Positions 17,027 through 26,621 of a stretch of 32,000 nucleotides of DNA are shown piece by piece. The first letter of the stretch is position 1; each line of letters begins with the position of its first letter. The notes below the pieces were generated by a model that was not told the origin of the DNA, ran no database searches, and worked only from the letters and a program-made list of their open reading frames with translations. The DNA is from Methanoregula sp. (lineage in GTDB: Archaea > Halobacteriota > Methanomicrobia > Methanomicrobiales > Methanospirillaceae): positions 443,358-475,357 of the forward strand of contig NZ_JBEKLH010000001.1 in the NCBI RefSeq assembly GCF_050010295.1, given 5' to 3'. A program made the translations under genes and the position numbers.

Positions 17027-18216
17027 CACGCACACTCCTGCGTCCTTGCCACTTCGGCAACGTCCTTGTCCCCGCGGCCGGAGAGGTTGATGATAACAAT
17101 GTCGTTTTTATCAAAACGGTTCGCGTTTTGCATGACATAGGCTACCGCATGGGCTGATTCCAGGGCGGGAATAATTCCCTCAGTCCGGGAAAGGAACCGG
17201 AACGCATCGAGAACGTCAGGGTCGTTGACCGCGGTATAGGTCACCCGGTGACGGTCCCTGAGCATCGCGTGTTCGGGCCCTACTCCCGGGTAATCAAGGC
17301 CTGCGGATATACTATGGGTAGGGAGCACCTGTCCGTCAGTATCCTGCAGCAGGTAGGAGAGCGCCCCGTGCAGCACTCCCGGCTCCCCGGCGCACAGCGT
17401 GGCCGCATGTTCGCCGGTCTCTATCCCTTTCCCTCCGGCTTCCACGCCGATCAGTTCCACGTCGTCCCTGAGGAAAGGATAGAAGATGCCGATCGCGTTT
17501 GATCCGCCGCCGACACAGGCCACGATCGTATCCGGGAGCCTCCCCTCCTTGTCCATAACCTGTTTGCGTGTCTCTTTGCCGATCACGGCCTGGAAGTCCC
17601 GGACAATGCGGGGGTACGGGTGCGGACCTACCACCGAACCGAAGAGGAAATAGGTGTCCTGTACATGTGCCACCCAGTAGCGGAGCGCCTCATTGACGGC
17701 ATCCTTGAGGGTCCGGGTCCCGGATTTGACCGGGACAACCTTTGCTCCCATTAACTCCATCCGGAAAACGTTGAGTGCCTGCCGCTGCGTATCGAGTTCC
17801 CCCATATACACCTCGACGGACATGCCGAGCGCGGCTCCGACGATCGCCGTTGCCACGCCATGCTGCCCTGCACCTGTCTCGGCGATCAGCTTCTTCTTGC
17901 CCATGCGCTTTGCCAGCAGCGCCTGCCCAAGGGTGTTGTTGAGCTTGTGCGATCCTCCGTGCACGAGGTCCTCCCGCTTGAGGTAGACCCTGCACCCGAG
18001 TTCCCGGGAGACGTTCGCACAGAAGGTGAGCGGGGTCTCCCTGCCGGCGTACTCTTTCTGGAGAGCTGCAAGATCGGCAGAGAACTTGGGGTCATTCTCT
18101 ATCTTTTCATAGGCTGCTTCGAGTTCGAGCAATGCGCTCATCAGTGTCTCCGGGACGTATTGCCCGCCATATTTTCCGTATCGTCCTTTCTGTACCATGT
18201 TCAAAAACTCCTGCAT
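17026..18216 (-). CDS. trpB: tryptophan synthase beta chain
   Basis: [41 protein letters not shown] (PLP lysine), [17 protein letters not shown]. Confidence 0.97.
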   Translation of the reverse strand: MQEFLNMVQKGRYGKYGGQYVPETLMSALLELEAAYEKIENDPKFSADLAALQKEYAGRETPLTFCANVSRELGCRVYLKREDLVHGGSHKLNNTLGQALLAKRMGKKKLIAETGAGQHGVATAIVGAALGMSVEVYMGELDTQRQALNVFRMELMGAKVVPVKSGTRTLKDAVNEALRYWVAHVQDTYFLFGSVVGPHPYPRIVRDFQAVIGKETRKQVMDKEGRLPDTIVACVGGGSNAIGIFYPFLRDDVELIGVEAGGKGIETGEHAATLCAGEPGVLHGALSYLLQDTDGQVLPTHSISAGLDYPGVGPEHAMLRDRHRVTYTAVNDPDVLDAFRFLSRTEGIIPALESAHAVAYVMQNANRFDKNDIVIINLSGRGDKDVAEVARTQECA

Positions 18217-18773
18217 GCAGCGATAAACGCCCGTATTTTCCCGTGGTCCTTGATTCCCGGCGACACTTCAACCCCGCTTGCTACATCCACCGCGTACGGG
18301 TGCACCCGCCGGATCGCGTCGCGGACATTTTCTGCAGTCAGCCCCCCGGCAAGGATTACCGGGACTTTCGACCTGCAGACGATCTCACCGGCTGACGCGG
18401 GATCGAAAAGTTTTCCCCCCCCATGGCTCTCATCGATGATGATCGCATCACAGTCCACTGGAATGGGGTCGCCGTGTGGGACTACGCGGATGACCTTCAC
18501 GCCCGGATTCTGCCTGAATATAAACGGATGGAAGATCTGGATTGCCGTGGGGTGCAGATCGAGGATCTCCTCGAGATCTTCTTCAGATGCTGTATGGGTA
18601 ACTGCAACCCGTGCAACAAACGGGCCTACTGCCTCAAAAATCTCACGTGCCTTTTCCAGCGGTACCGAACGCTTTGATTCACTGAAGAGCACAACACCGA
18701 TCGCATCGGCCCCGGCCTCTTCGGCAAAACATGCGTCTTCCGGGCGGGTGATCCCGCAGATCTTTACGCGCAT
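18201..18773 (-). CDS. trpF: phosphoribosylanthranilate isomerase
   Basis: [50 protein letters not shown]. Confidence 0.96.
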   Translation of the reverse strand: MRVKICGITRPEDACFAEEAGADAIGVVLFSESKRSVPLEKAREIFEAVGPFVARVAVTHTASEEDLEEILDLHPTAIQIFHPFIFRQNPGVKVIRVVPHGDPIPVDCDAIIIDESHGGGKLFDPASAGEIVCRSKVPVILAGGLTAENVRDAIRRVHPYAVDVASGVEVSPGIKDHGKIRAFIAACRSF

Positions 18774-19525
18774 ACGAACTCCTCCAGTTTTTTTCTCGGC
18801 TGTTTATGGGCCATGATTGAAGAGCCGATCAGGAACGCATCGCAATAGGGTTTCATCTCCCGGATGTCGTCGGCTGACCGCATCCCGCTTTCGGAGACCA
18901 CCAGTTTTCCCGCTTTCCGGAGTTCCTCCGAAAGAAAGCGGGTGGTCGAACGGTCAATAGTCATGGTCGCCAGGTCCCGGTTGTTGATACCGACCAACAG
19001 TGTCTCTGTTGCAAGAGCGGCATCGGCTTCAGCCCGGGTGTGTACCTCCACCAGAGGTTCAAGGCCGTAGTTCTTGGCGAGATCCACAAATACCGGGAGG
19101 TGTTTCCCCAGCAGAGCGGCAATCAGGAGGACCGCATCTGCACCGAGAGCCCTGGATTCGGCGACCTGGCGTTCCTCAATGATGAAGTCCTTGCGGAGCA
19201 CCGGCAGGCAAACAGCACTCTTGACGCGATCGATATCCCGCCCTGTTCCCCCGAAAAAGTAGGGCTCTGTGAGGACCGAAATTCCGACACAGCCCCCTCC
19301 CGCAAGTTCGCCGGCCATCATCGCCATGTCAACGTTGCGCCGGATGACGCCACCACTTGGTGATGTGCACTTGATCTCGGCAATCACCGCGTTTTTGCCG
19401 TTTCTGTTCCGTATTGCACCTGCGAGGCTTGCTCCCCGGCAGGGTTTTTCTGTGGTCTCGGGAAATGACTCCGGCAGTCTGGCAACCCGTTTCCTGGTGC
19501 GCCGCACAATTTCGTCCAGTATCAT
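18764..19525 (-). CDS. trpC: indole-3-glycerol-phosphate synthase
   Basis: [48 protein letters not shown]. Confidence 0.96.
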   Translation of the reverse strand: MILDEIVRRTRKRVARLPESFPETTEKPCRGASLAGAIRNRNGKNAVIAEIKCTSPSGGVIRRNVDMAMMAGELAGGGCVGISVLTEPYFFGGTGRDIDRVKSAVCLPVLRKDFIIEERQVAESRALGADAVLLIAALLGKHLPVFVDLAKNYGLEPLVEVHTRAEADAALATETLLVGINNRDLATMTIDRSTTRFLSEELRKAGKLVVSESGMRSADDIREMKPYCDAFLIGSSIMAHKQPRKKLEEFVCA

Positions 19526-20541
19526 GCTGCACTCCGGGTAGCCGTGACAAGTGCGTCCAGCCTGGCACGGGCCCTGCCTGAATCTATGGAGCTGGCAGCA
19601 CGCTGTATCCCCTCGTGCAGATCGCCGGCCCGCCCCCCGATATAGATCGCCGCTCCCGCATTCATCAGGACAATATCCCGCGGTGCGCCCCGTTCACCAT
19701 CGAATATCTCGCGGATGATCCGGGCATTTACTGCGGCATCTCCTCCGACCAGATCCTGAAGTACAGCGGGTGCAATACCAAAAGTGCCGGAGGTCAGGGT
19801 GAACGTGCGGGTCACTCCCCCGTCCAGTTCAGCAACGATAGTCTCTCCTGTTGTGGTGATTTCGTCCAGACCGTTCCCGTGGACCACCATGGCGCGGGAA
19901 AGTCCAAGGAGCCTAAGCACATCTGCGACCGTCCCCGTTAACCCGGGCCGGTAAACCCCGAGAACCTGGGCCTGTGCACCAGCAGGGTTCGCCAGCGGAC
20001 CGAGAAGATTGAAGACGGTCCGGCACCCGATCTCCTGCCGTGCTGCCATGACGTGTCGCATTGCCGGGTGGTGGCGCGGAGCGAAGAGAAACGCGATGCC
20101 TGCCTGTTCTACGATCTTTGCCTGTAATCCCGGCGCTACCGAAATATCCACTCCCATTTCGGTGAGAACGTCAGCAGATCCGCACGTGCTGCTCACGCTC
20201 CGGTTCCCATGCTTGACGATCGGCACTCCTGCGCCCGCTGCCACGAATGCCGAAGCGGTACTGATGTTAAATGTCCGGGTGCCATCCCCCCCGGTCCCGC
20301 AGGTGTCGACTAGCATCCCTTTGACCGACGGCCTAACCGGTATGGCATGCCTGCGCATCACTCCTGCAAACGCAGCAATCTCCGACGGGGTCTCGCCTTT
20401 CATGCGCAGAGCGAGCAGGAACGCCCCTATCTGCGCCTGAGACGCCCTGCCGTCCATGATGATATCCATGACCCCGGATGCTTCTTCAGTTGTCAGATCC
20501 TGGCGGTCTGCCAGCCGGTTGATGGTATCGCTGAACTTCAT
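19522..20541 (-). CDS. trpD: anthranilate phosphoribosyltransferase
   Basis: [70 protein letters not shown]. Confidence 0.96.
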   Translation of the reverse strand: MKFSDTINRLADRQDLTTEEASGVMDIIMDGRASQAQIGAFLLALRMKGETPSEIAAFAGVMRRHAIPVRPSVKGMLVDTCGTGGDGTRTFNISTASAFVAAGAGVPIVKHGNRSVSSTCGSADVLTEMGVDISVAPGLQAKIVEQAGIAFLFAPRHHPAMRHVMAARQEIGCRTVFNLLGPLANPAGAQAQVLGVYRPGLTGTVADVLRLLGLSRAMVVHGNGLDEITTTGETIVAELDGGVTRTFTLTSGTFGIAPAVLQDLVGGDAAVNARIIREIFDGERGAPRDIVLMNAGAAIYIGGRAGDLHEGIQRAASSIDSGRARARLDALVTATRSAA

Positions 20542-21119
20542 TGTCCGACTCCTGTCATACAGAGGAAATTTCTGATGATGCGGTCGCCATCCTGCGAGAG
20601 GATGCTCTCCGGGTGGAACTGGACACCTTCGATCGGGTACTTCGTGTGGCGTACACCCATGACATAGTTGTCTTCCATGCTCGTCGCAGTGACCACGAGT
20701 TCACCCGGGAGTGAATCCTCCCGGGCGACCAGGGAATGGTAGCGAGTAGCGGTGAACGGCGACGGGATGCCGGAGAAGATCCCTTTGCCATCGTGCCGGA
20801 TCTCCGAGGTCTTGCCATGCATCAGGTGCCGGGCGCGGACAACCTCCCCGCCAAACACCGTGCAGATGGCCTGGTGCCCGAGACAGACGCCCAGCGTGGG
20901 GATCGTTCGGCTCATGGTGTCCAGTACCTCAAGGCAGACCCCGGCGTCGAGGGGTGTCCCGGGGCCCGGAGAGAGGATGATCCGGTCGCACCCGCTTTTC
21001 TGCAGCCGCCCGAGCGGTGTATCACAGGTCATAACAACCGGGTTACCTCCGAGCTTGCCCACCTGCTGGTACAGGTTGAAGGTGAAACTGTCGTAACAAT
21101 CCACGATCAGCACTTTCAT
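20538..21119 (-). CDS. trpG: anthranilate synthase glutamine amidotransferase component
   Basis: [53 protein letters not shown]; start overlaps the trpE stop. Confidence 0.95.
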   Translation of the reverse strand: MKVLIVDCYDSFTFNLYQQVGKLGGNPVVMTCDTPLGRLQKSGCDRIILSPGPGTPLDAGVCLEVLDTMSRTIPTLGVCLGHQAICTVFGGEVVRARHLMHGKTSEIRHDGKGIFSGIPSPFTATRYHSLVAREDSLPGELVVTATSMEDNYVMGVRHTKYPIEGVQFHPESILSQDGDRIIRNFLCMTGVGQ

Positions 21120-22645
21120 TGGTATCCCCCCGACTGCTCGATCGCCCGCACCATTGCGGCTGCCTTGTTCTTTGTCTCGTTCCATTCGTTCGCCGGTACA
21201 GAATCTGCGACGATTCCGGCGCCCACCTGGATGTAGGCACGTTCATCCCGGATACGGATAGTCCGGATGGCAATTGCAAAATCGAGGTTCCGGTCAAACC
21301 CGATATAACCGACTGCGCCGGCATACAGGCCGCGGGCTTCTTCTTCCTGTTCATCAATAATCTGCATGGCCCGGATCTTCGGCGCTCCTGATACCGTGCC
21401 AGCGGGGAAACAGGACTTGAAGGCATCATAACAGTCGAGGTTGTCTCTCAGCACACCGTTCACGGTCGAGACGATGTGCTGGACATGAGAGAACTTTTCA
21501 ATATTCATGAACTCACTGACTTCAACGGTCCCGAACCTGCACACCCTCCCCAGATCGTTGCGCGCGAGGTCGACCAGCATCGTGTGTTCGGCCCGCTCTT
21601 TTTTGTCCTGAAGAAGATCATTGGCGAGCCGTTCATCTTCGTCCCTGTCACCCCCGCGGGGACGGGTACCTGCAATAGGAACCGTCGTGACCCGGCGTTT
21701 CTCCACGCGCACGAGCATCTCAGGGCTTGCCCCGACTATTTTCTCTTCACCGAAGTCAAGGTAATACATGTACGGGCTCGGGTTTATCCACCTGAGTGCA
21801 GCGTAAATCGAGAACGGGTCATGGTTCACGGGTACTTCCATACGCCGTGAGATAACCGCTTGGAAAATATCCCCTGCCGCGATATATTCCCTGACCTGCT
21901 CTACAGAACGCTCGAAGGCATCCTGCGCGACTGGCGAACTGAAATTCAGCGCAGCCGGATCTCCGTTGGCGTGACCGGGGTCCCGGATACTTCCTGCCGT
22001 GAGTCTGCCAATGATGCCTCCAAGGGCGTGGATCTTGGCCCTGCTCCTGTGATATTCCTCAGCAATGTCGGAATCGTAGGTAAGGAACGGGCTGGAAAAG
22101 ATGAATAATTTTTTATCCCGGTGATCGATAACAAGGCAGTCCTTTGCGAGCATGAAGCAGGCATCGTTCTCCATGCCGGTCTTATCAGGGCCCTTTCTGA
22201 CCCTTTTTGGGACTTTCTCAAACAGGGAATACACGCAGTCGTAGGCAAAATAACCGACCATACCGCCGAAAAATCTGGGGGCTTTGACGTTCATGTAGTG
22301 GAATCGCGATAAGATCGACCTGATCCTGTCCACAGGATTATTCCCCTCCGGATCACGTGCAATGGACACAAAGGGCTCATTCCCCCGGACCTCTATGGTC
22401 TCTCCGATGGAAACAACGCATTCCGGATCGATTCCGATAAATGAGTACCGCGCGAGTTTCTCACTTCCCTCCATGGATTCGAGCAGGAACCCGCATCCCG
22501 TCCGGGTACCGGTATAAATCTCAAGAGGCGAGATATCCGGGAGCGGCAGCTCGGCACAGAGGGGGATGACCAGCGGCCTGGGCTGGTTGCTTACTGCAAT
22601 GACAAATTCCTCAAGCCCGAGATTAAGATTCAGTTCTTGGTTCAT
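21116..22645 (-). CDS. trpE: anthranilate synthase component I
   Basis: GDIFQAVISRRMEVP, STVNGVLRDNLDCYDAFKSCFPAGTVSGAPKIRAMQIIDE; ORF is open to 22957 but homology-like sequence begins at MNQELNLNLG (22645). Confidence 0.94.
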   Translation of the reverse strand: MNQELNLNLGLEEFVIAVSNQPRPLVIPLCAELPLPDISPLEIYTGTRTGCGFLLESMEGSEKLARYSFIGIDPECVVSIGETIEVRGNEPFVSIARDPEGNNPVDRIRSILSRFHYMNVKAPRFFGGMVGYFAYDCVYSLFEKVPKRVRKGPDKTGMENDACFMLAKDCLVIDHRDKKLFIFSSPFLTYDSDIAEEYHRSRAKIHALGGIIGRLTAGSIRDPGHANGDPAALNFSSPVAQDAFERSVEQVREYIAAGDIFQAVISRRMEVPVNHDPFSIYAALRWINPSPYMYYLDFGEEKIVGASPEMLVRVEKRRVTTVPIAGTRPRGGDRDEDERLANDLLQDKKERAEHTMLVDLARNDLGRVCRFGTVEVSEFMNIEKFSHVQHIVSTVNGVLRDNLDCYDAFKSCFPAGTVSGAPKIRAMQIIDEQEEEARGLYAGAVGYIGFDRNLDFAIAIRTIRIRDERAYIQVGAGIVADSVPANEWNETKNKAAAMVRAIEQSGGYQ

Positions 22646-22784
22646 AGATTCAGGTTCCTGGTATAACTGCACATCATCTGATGTGGCATTTTCCTTCTTT
22701 TCAGATCGAACGGACCAGTTCCTACTTTGGATTTCATGATGGATCCGGCGGCCCCTGGATGATATCCTGTTTACAAATTTACTT

Positions 22785-22860
22785 TGTACATACTTATACA
22801 TTATTGTAATTTTTTGGATATTATTGCATTTTAATTTGCAATATTGTACAATATTTATAT
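22785..22860 (-). promoter_or_regulatory. candidate trp operon promoter/operator: TGTACA motifs at 22785-22790 and 22845-22850, the latter inside a 16-bp palindrome, with TATA-like ATATAAATA
   Basis: Direct reading: AATATTGTACAATATT (22840-22855) is a perfect palindrome; it abuts/overlaps ATATAAATA on the minus strand. Confidence 0.6.
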
Positions 22861-23001
22861 GGGAAACTGCAGGGGGTCCTTCTTTACAGAAGAGGGAATA
22901 GTTCAGGCTGCAGCAATTTCGGGGTTTTTTCGAAAGAAACAAGAATAGCTCAAGCATACTACAGAACTGTCAATATCAGCCGGTCTGGCGGGGGGGTATC
23001 A

Positions 23002-24747
23002 GTGGACATACGTAAAAAGACCGTAGTAATTGTCTGTATCACTCTTCTGTGCCTGATCCTTGCCCTCTATATCTCGTCAGAAGTTATCGTGCTGGGCGGT
23101 TTTTCGAGGGTTGAGACGCAAAATGCCCAAAAAGAGACCAACCGTGTACTTGTCGCACTTGGCAATGACATAAACGCGCTTGATGCGGTGACATATGACT
23201 GGGCTTCGCGAGAGGATACAATAGCGTTTGTGACGGCCAACACTTCGGGGACTGAATGGTCCCGGCTCGACCCTGATACATTCGAACGGCTCGGGTTCAA
23301 TGAGATCCTGCTGTATAATTCCAGCGGCAGTCTCATATCGGGACAGGGATACGATCTCAATCGCCATACCCTGGTTCCCGTCCCGCCAGGCTTACATTCA
23401 CCGCCATCAGTGTATCTCCACCTGAAGTTCCAGAACGGGTCAAGTACCGGCATCATGGGGATTGCAGATTTTTCCGATGGCCCGATGATGATTGCGATCC
23501 GCCCGGTCTTTGCCGGCCGCGAAAACCAGCACGTGGCCGGATACGTCCTCATGGGTCGCTATATTGATACTACGGAGATCTCCCGGCTCTCCTCGCTGGC
23601 CCAGCTGCCGCTTGAAATGCACGGGTATAGTGCTGGGGATCTCCCCCAGGATTTCATCACCATACTACCGATGTTTCCGGCATCCTCCATACCGTTCATC
23701 CAGCGCGTGGGAAAAGACGCCCTCACCATCGATGCGCCGATCATCATTGAACCTATAAACAGCACTCAGCTTGGCGGATATTCACTCATACGCGATATAT
23801 CAGGTAAACCGGTACTTATCATCAAAGTCGGTATCGACCGGGGGATCTATGATCAGGGAAAATCTACCACGCTGTATTTTGTGGTCCTGCTCATCATTGC
23901 GGGCCTTGTCTTTGGTCTTGCCACACTCCTTCTGCTGGAAAAAACCGTATTGTCGAGGCTCGAGAGACTGAGCCGGGGAGTGAACGAAATTGGCAGAAAA
24001 CGCGATTTCTCCGCCCGGGTGCACATAGCCGGTGAGGACGAAATCGGGGGGCTCGCGGGCCGGGTCAACGGGATGCTCGAAGATCTCGAACAGTCCCAGA
24101 ACGTACTGCACGACAAGCTTATCCAGAGCGAGGAAAATTATCGTCTTTTTTTTAATAGTGTCACCGACCCGATCTGTGTGTGCCGCATGAACCCAGACAA
24201 CAGCCTTGGCAGGATTGTCGAAGTAAACGATGCCGCATGTGAAGTGCTGGGATACCAGCGTGCCGAGTTTCTGGAAATGCATCTTTCCGATCTGCTCCCA
24301 GGCGAAAGATCCGGTGGTGTAGATCTCCCGACTGAGATTCTGCAGTCGTTCGGGCATGTCATTTATGCAGGAGCTGTATCCACAAAAACCGGAAAACGTA
24401 TACCCGTTGAGGTCAATGCCCGGACATTTGACCAGTTCGGGCACCCTGCCATTGCGGTTATTGTCCGTGACATCAGTGAACGGGAAGAGATAGAGCATCT
24501 GAAGAAAGAAGCATTCCAGCAGATCGAGAAGAACCTGCAGGATTTTGCCGTCCTGAACGACCATATCCGCAACCCTCTCCAGGGCATCGTTGGCATCGCG
24601 GACATGATGGATGGTGCACCTGCACAAAAGATCATTACCTATGCCACGATGATCGATGAGATCGTAAACAGGATTGATCGCGGATATATTGAATCAGAAA
24701 AGATTCACGAATTTCTCAGAAAATACTATGGGATCGGGAAAAAATGA
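23002..24747 (+). CDS. membrane sensor protein with CHASE4, HAMP and PAS domains and a truncated HisKA-like C-terminus
   Basis: N-terminal TM followed by VTYDWASREDT (CHASE4-type), second TM, RLSRGVNEIGRKRDFSARVHIAGEDEIGGLAGRVN (HAMP), ENYRLFFNSVTDPICVCRMN...LGYQRAEFLEM (PAS), VLNDHIRNPLQGIVGIADMM. Confidence 0.85.
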   Translation: MDIRKKTVVIVCITLLCLILALYISSEVIVLGGFSRVETQNAQKETNRVLVALGNDINALDAVTYDWASREDTIAFVTANTSGTEWSRLDPDTFERLGFNEILLYNSSGSLISGQGYDLNRHTLVPVPPGLHSPPSVYLHLKFQNGSSTGIMGIADFSDGPMMIAIRPVFAGRENQHVAGYVLMGRYIDTTEISRLSSLAQLPLEMHGYSAGDLPQDFITILPMFPASSIPFIQRVGKDALTIDAPIIIEPINSTQLGGYSLIRDISGKPVLIIKVGIDRGIYDQGKSTTLYFVVLLIIAGLVFGLATLLLLEKTVLSRLERLSRGVNEIGRKRDFSARVHIAGEDEIGGLAGRVNGMLEDLEQSQNVLHDKLIQSEENYRLFFNSVTDPICVCRMNPDNSLGRIVEVNDAACEVLGYQRAEFLEMHLSDLLPGERSGGVDLPTEILQSFGHVIYAGAVSTKTGKRIPVEVNARTFDQFGHPAIAVIVRDISEREEIEHLKKEAFQQIEKNLQDFAVLNDHIRNPLQGIVGIADMMDGAPAQKIITYATMIDEIVNRIDRGYIESEKIHEFLRKYYGIGKK

Positions 24748-24766
24748 TGCCTTCCCAATTCGATGG

Positions 24767-25138
24767 CTACTCAGTCCGGATGCCCCGTCCTTTCAATTCA
24801 TCAGCCTTCTTCCGGGAGCACTCCTCGCACCGGAACTCCGGCTCAGGATCATGCGTCTTGTCGTAATCTCCCGATCTGACCAGCCGGTACCCCCGGGCGG
24901 CCTTTCCGCAGTCAACACAGGTAATATTGTCCCTGACTTCCCAGTGTGTCAGCAGTGATTGCGATGTGAAGATGAACTGGTCCACCCAGAAAAAGATGAG
25001 GCCGCCGATCAGGTTTGCTACGATTGCGGCGACGAGCTGCCCCATGGATGCAAGAAGGATCCCGACCCCTGCCAGGATGGGAGTGCTTGCCTGCCACCTG
25101 AGCAGGTAGAGCCCATAGCGTTTACAATTGACCTGCAT
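24767..25138 (-). CDS. hypothetical membrane protein with C-terminal zinc-ribbon-like cysteines
   Basis: TM pair (ILAGVGILLASMGQLVAAIVANLIGGLIFFWVDQFIF) then CVDCGKAARG...FRCEECSRKKA. Confidence 0.6.
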   Translation of the reverse strand: MQVNCKRYGLYLLRWQASTPILAGVGILLASMGQLVAAIVANLIGGLIFFWVDQFIFTSQSLLTHWEVRDNITCVDCGKAARGYRLVRSGDYDKTHDPEPEFRCEECSRKKADELKGRGIRTE

Positions 25139-25265
25139 ACCAGTTGATCATGCAATCATCATAATACATGTTGTGCTGAAGTGCCCCGGTTCATGCCAAA
25201 AGACCGATGCTCAATACTATTATAGACGTCTTGATAAAACCTATACTGCATTTCCGGGAGACCGT

Positions 25266-25868
25266 ATGTGGCGATATCGTAAACAACCGCTTGGCTGGGT
25301 GTTCGTGTCACGGATGATGGGGATCATCAGTTTTTTAATTGCAGTAGTCCTTGCAAACATCCTTACGTACTATGTGTCGAACAAGGTGTTCCTTTCCGGT
25401 GTTCTGTTTCTCAATGAGAACTTCTGGCTCCTCATCCTCATCGGCATCATCTTTTTTGTCAGCGATATATTCGGGGCATTTCCCTTTCCCCTCAATCTGC
25501 CGTTTCCGATTATCAGGGCTATCGGGAGTGTCTTCTGTATCGCCTTTTTCCTGAAATTGTTCCAGTGGGTTGACACGGTTGCGTCAACAACGCTTTACCC
25601 GATGTTCTGGTATATCTCATTCATCATTATCCCGCTGGTGTTTCTCATCGTACTGGCAGGTGGCTATTATGAGATCATGCGGCAGCTCTGGTTGCAGTCT
25701 GGGACCGGTAGAAGCACCGATGCTCAGGTTGTGCATGAAAACCGTGAAGTCGCTCCTCCAGACCAGCCGGTATCAGATGCGAAGTCATGGGAAGATATCG
25801 GGGTGGAGTTTCGCATGATGCTTTACGATCTCCTCCACCGGTTCCGCCAGGAAATAAAGAGAAAATAA
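25266..25868 (+). CDS. hypothetical multi-pass membrane protein
   Basis: Four hydrophobic segments with a charged C-terminus; ATG at 25266 preferred over the ORF-track start. Confidence 0.55.
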   Translation: MWRYRKQPLGWVFVSRMMGIISFLIAVVLANILTYYVSNKVFLSGVLFLNENFWLLILIGIIFFVSDIFGAFPFPLNLPFPIIRAIGSVFCIAFFLKLFQWVDTVASTTLYPMFWYISFIIIPLVFLIVLAGGYYEIMRQLWLQSGTGRSTDAQVVHENREVAPPDQPVSDAKSWEDIGVEFRMMLYDLLHRFRQEIKRK

Positions 25869-25950
25869 TGGCTCTGGAGAAATCCTATTTTATCGTGTGA
25901 TTCGCTTATATTCTTAAACGGTTATGAAGGTGACCCCCCTCTCTCAAGTC

Positions 25951-25972
25951 GAAGAACTCTGACGAGTTCTTC
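25951..25972. terminator. perfect 9-bp inverted repeat with 4-nt loop between convergent genes
   Basis: GAAGAACTC-TGAC-GAGTTCTTC in the gap between the + gene ending 25868 and the - gene ending 26015. Confidence 0.35.
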
Positions 25973-26014
25973 TTAAGCCTGTTCTTACCTTCGGGAAGAG
26001 CAGTCTCCGGGAAA

Positions 26015-26275
26015 TTACCAGTCGGGGTTGTCTTCACGGAACTTTCTCTCTCTCGTTTCAAGCTCTTCAGCACTCAGGGAGGCAGGCATGCAGATGCACC
26101 GGTGTTCAATAAACACCCCTGCCTTGAAAACGCCTTGTTGTTCACCAGCCCGGCATGCTCCATAGGTTTCAGCATCCCAGTTATGGTAAACCTGCGGAAG
26201 ACCTTCGCTGGCAGCACATTCCCTTGCCTCTTTCCATGACCCTGCCATGTCTGCATATTTGCAGAGCGCCACCAT
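26015..26275 (-). CDS. hypothetical small Cys-containing protein
   Basis: ORF with internal Met MVALCKYADMAGSWKEARECAASEG...; no family recognised. Confidence 0.45.
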   Translation of the reverse strand: MVALCKYADMAGSWKEARECAASEGLPQVYHNWDAETYGACRAGEQQGVFKAGVFIEHRCICMPASLSAEELETRERKFREDNPDW

Positions 26276-26348
26276 GATGTTTTCGATGAGGGTACCAGAA
26301 TATATGAAAACCACAGGCAAATCTCTAAAAAAAGAAAAAATGATGAAA

Positions 26349-26516
26349 TTAGAACCGGGGTTTCCGGTGCTTGGGCAGGCAGTCCCTGCAGTAGACCGGC
26401 CGTCCTTCAGTTGGCTTGAAGGGGACTTCGCACTCTTTGCCACAGTCTGAACAGACTGTCTTTGTCATTTCTCTGGGACCGAAATTTCTCGGGCCACCAA
26501 AACTCTTTCTTTCCAT
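26349..26516 (-). CDS. small CxxC-x17-CxxC zinc-ribbon protein
   Basis: TVCSDCGKECEVPFKPTEGRPVYCRDCLPKHRK: CSDC, 17 residues, CRDC. Confidence 0.7.
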   Translation of the reverse strand: MERKSFGGPRNFGPREMTKTVCSDCGKECEVPFKPTEGRPVYCRDCLPKHRKPRF

Positions 26517-26621
26517 TGTATTACTCATGCAGTTGTAATCTGCGTATATACATTTGACCATTCAGTATAAATACATCTGCATTATCTCATCTTTTTTTAT
26601 TCAAACAGTTATATAACGTCC

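Noticed and set aside
17650-17670. TGTACA hexamer within trpB
   Set aside because: A lone hexamer inside coding sequence with no palindrome or TATA element; expected by chance.
17860-18816. 318-aa + strand ORF across trpB/trpF/trpC
   Set aside because: Antisense to three conserved trp genes, so coding on + is not credible.
22646-22957. N-terminal extension of the trpE ORF up to 22957 or a possible trp leader peptide
   Set aside because: The extension crosses the AT-rich promoter palindrome and contains only one Trp codon, so neither a longer TrpE nor a Trp-rich attenuator peptide is supported.
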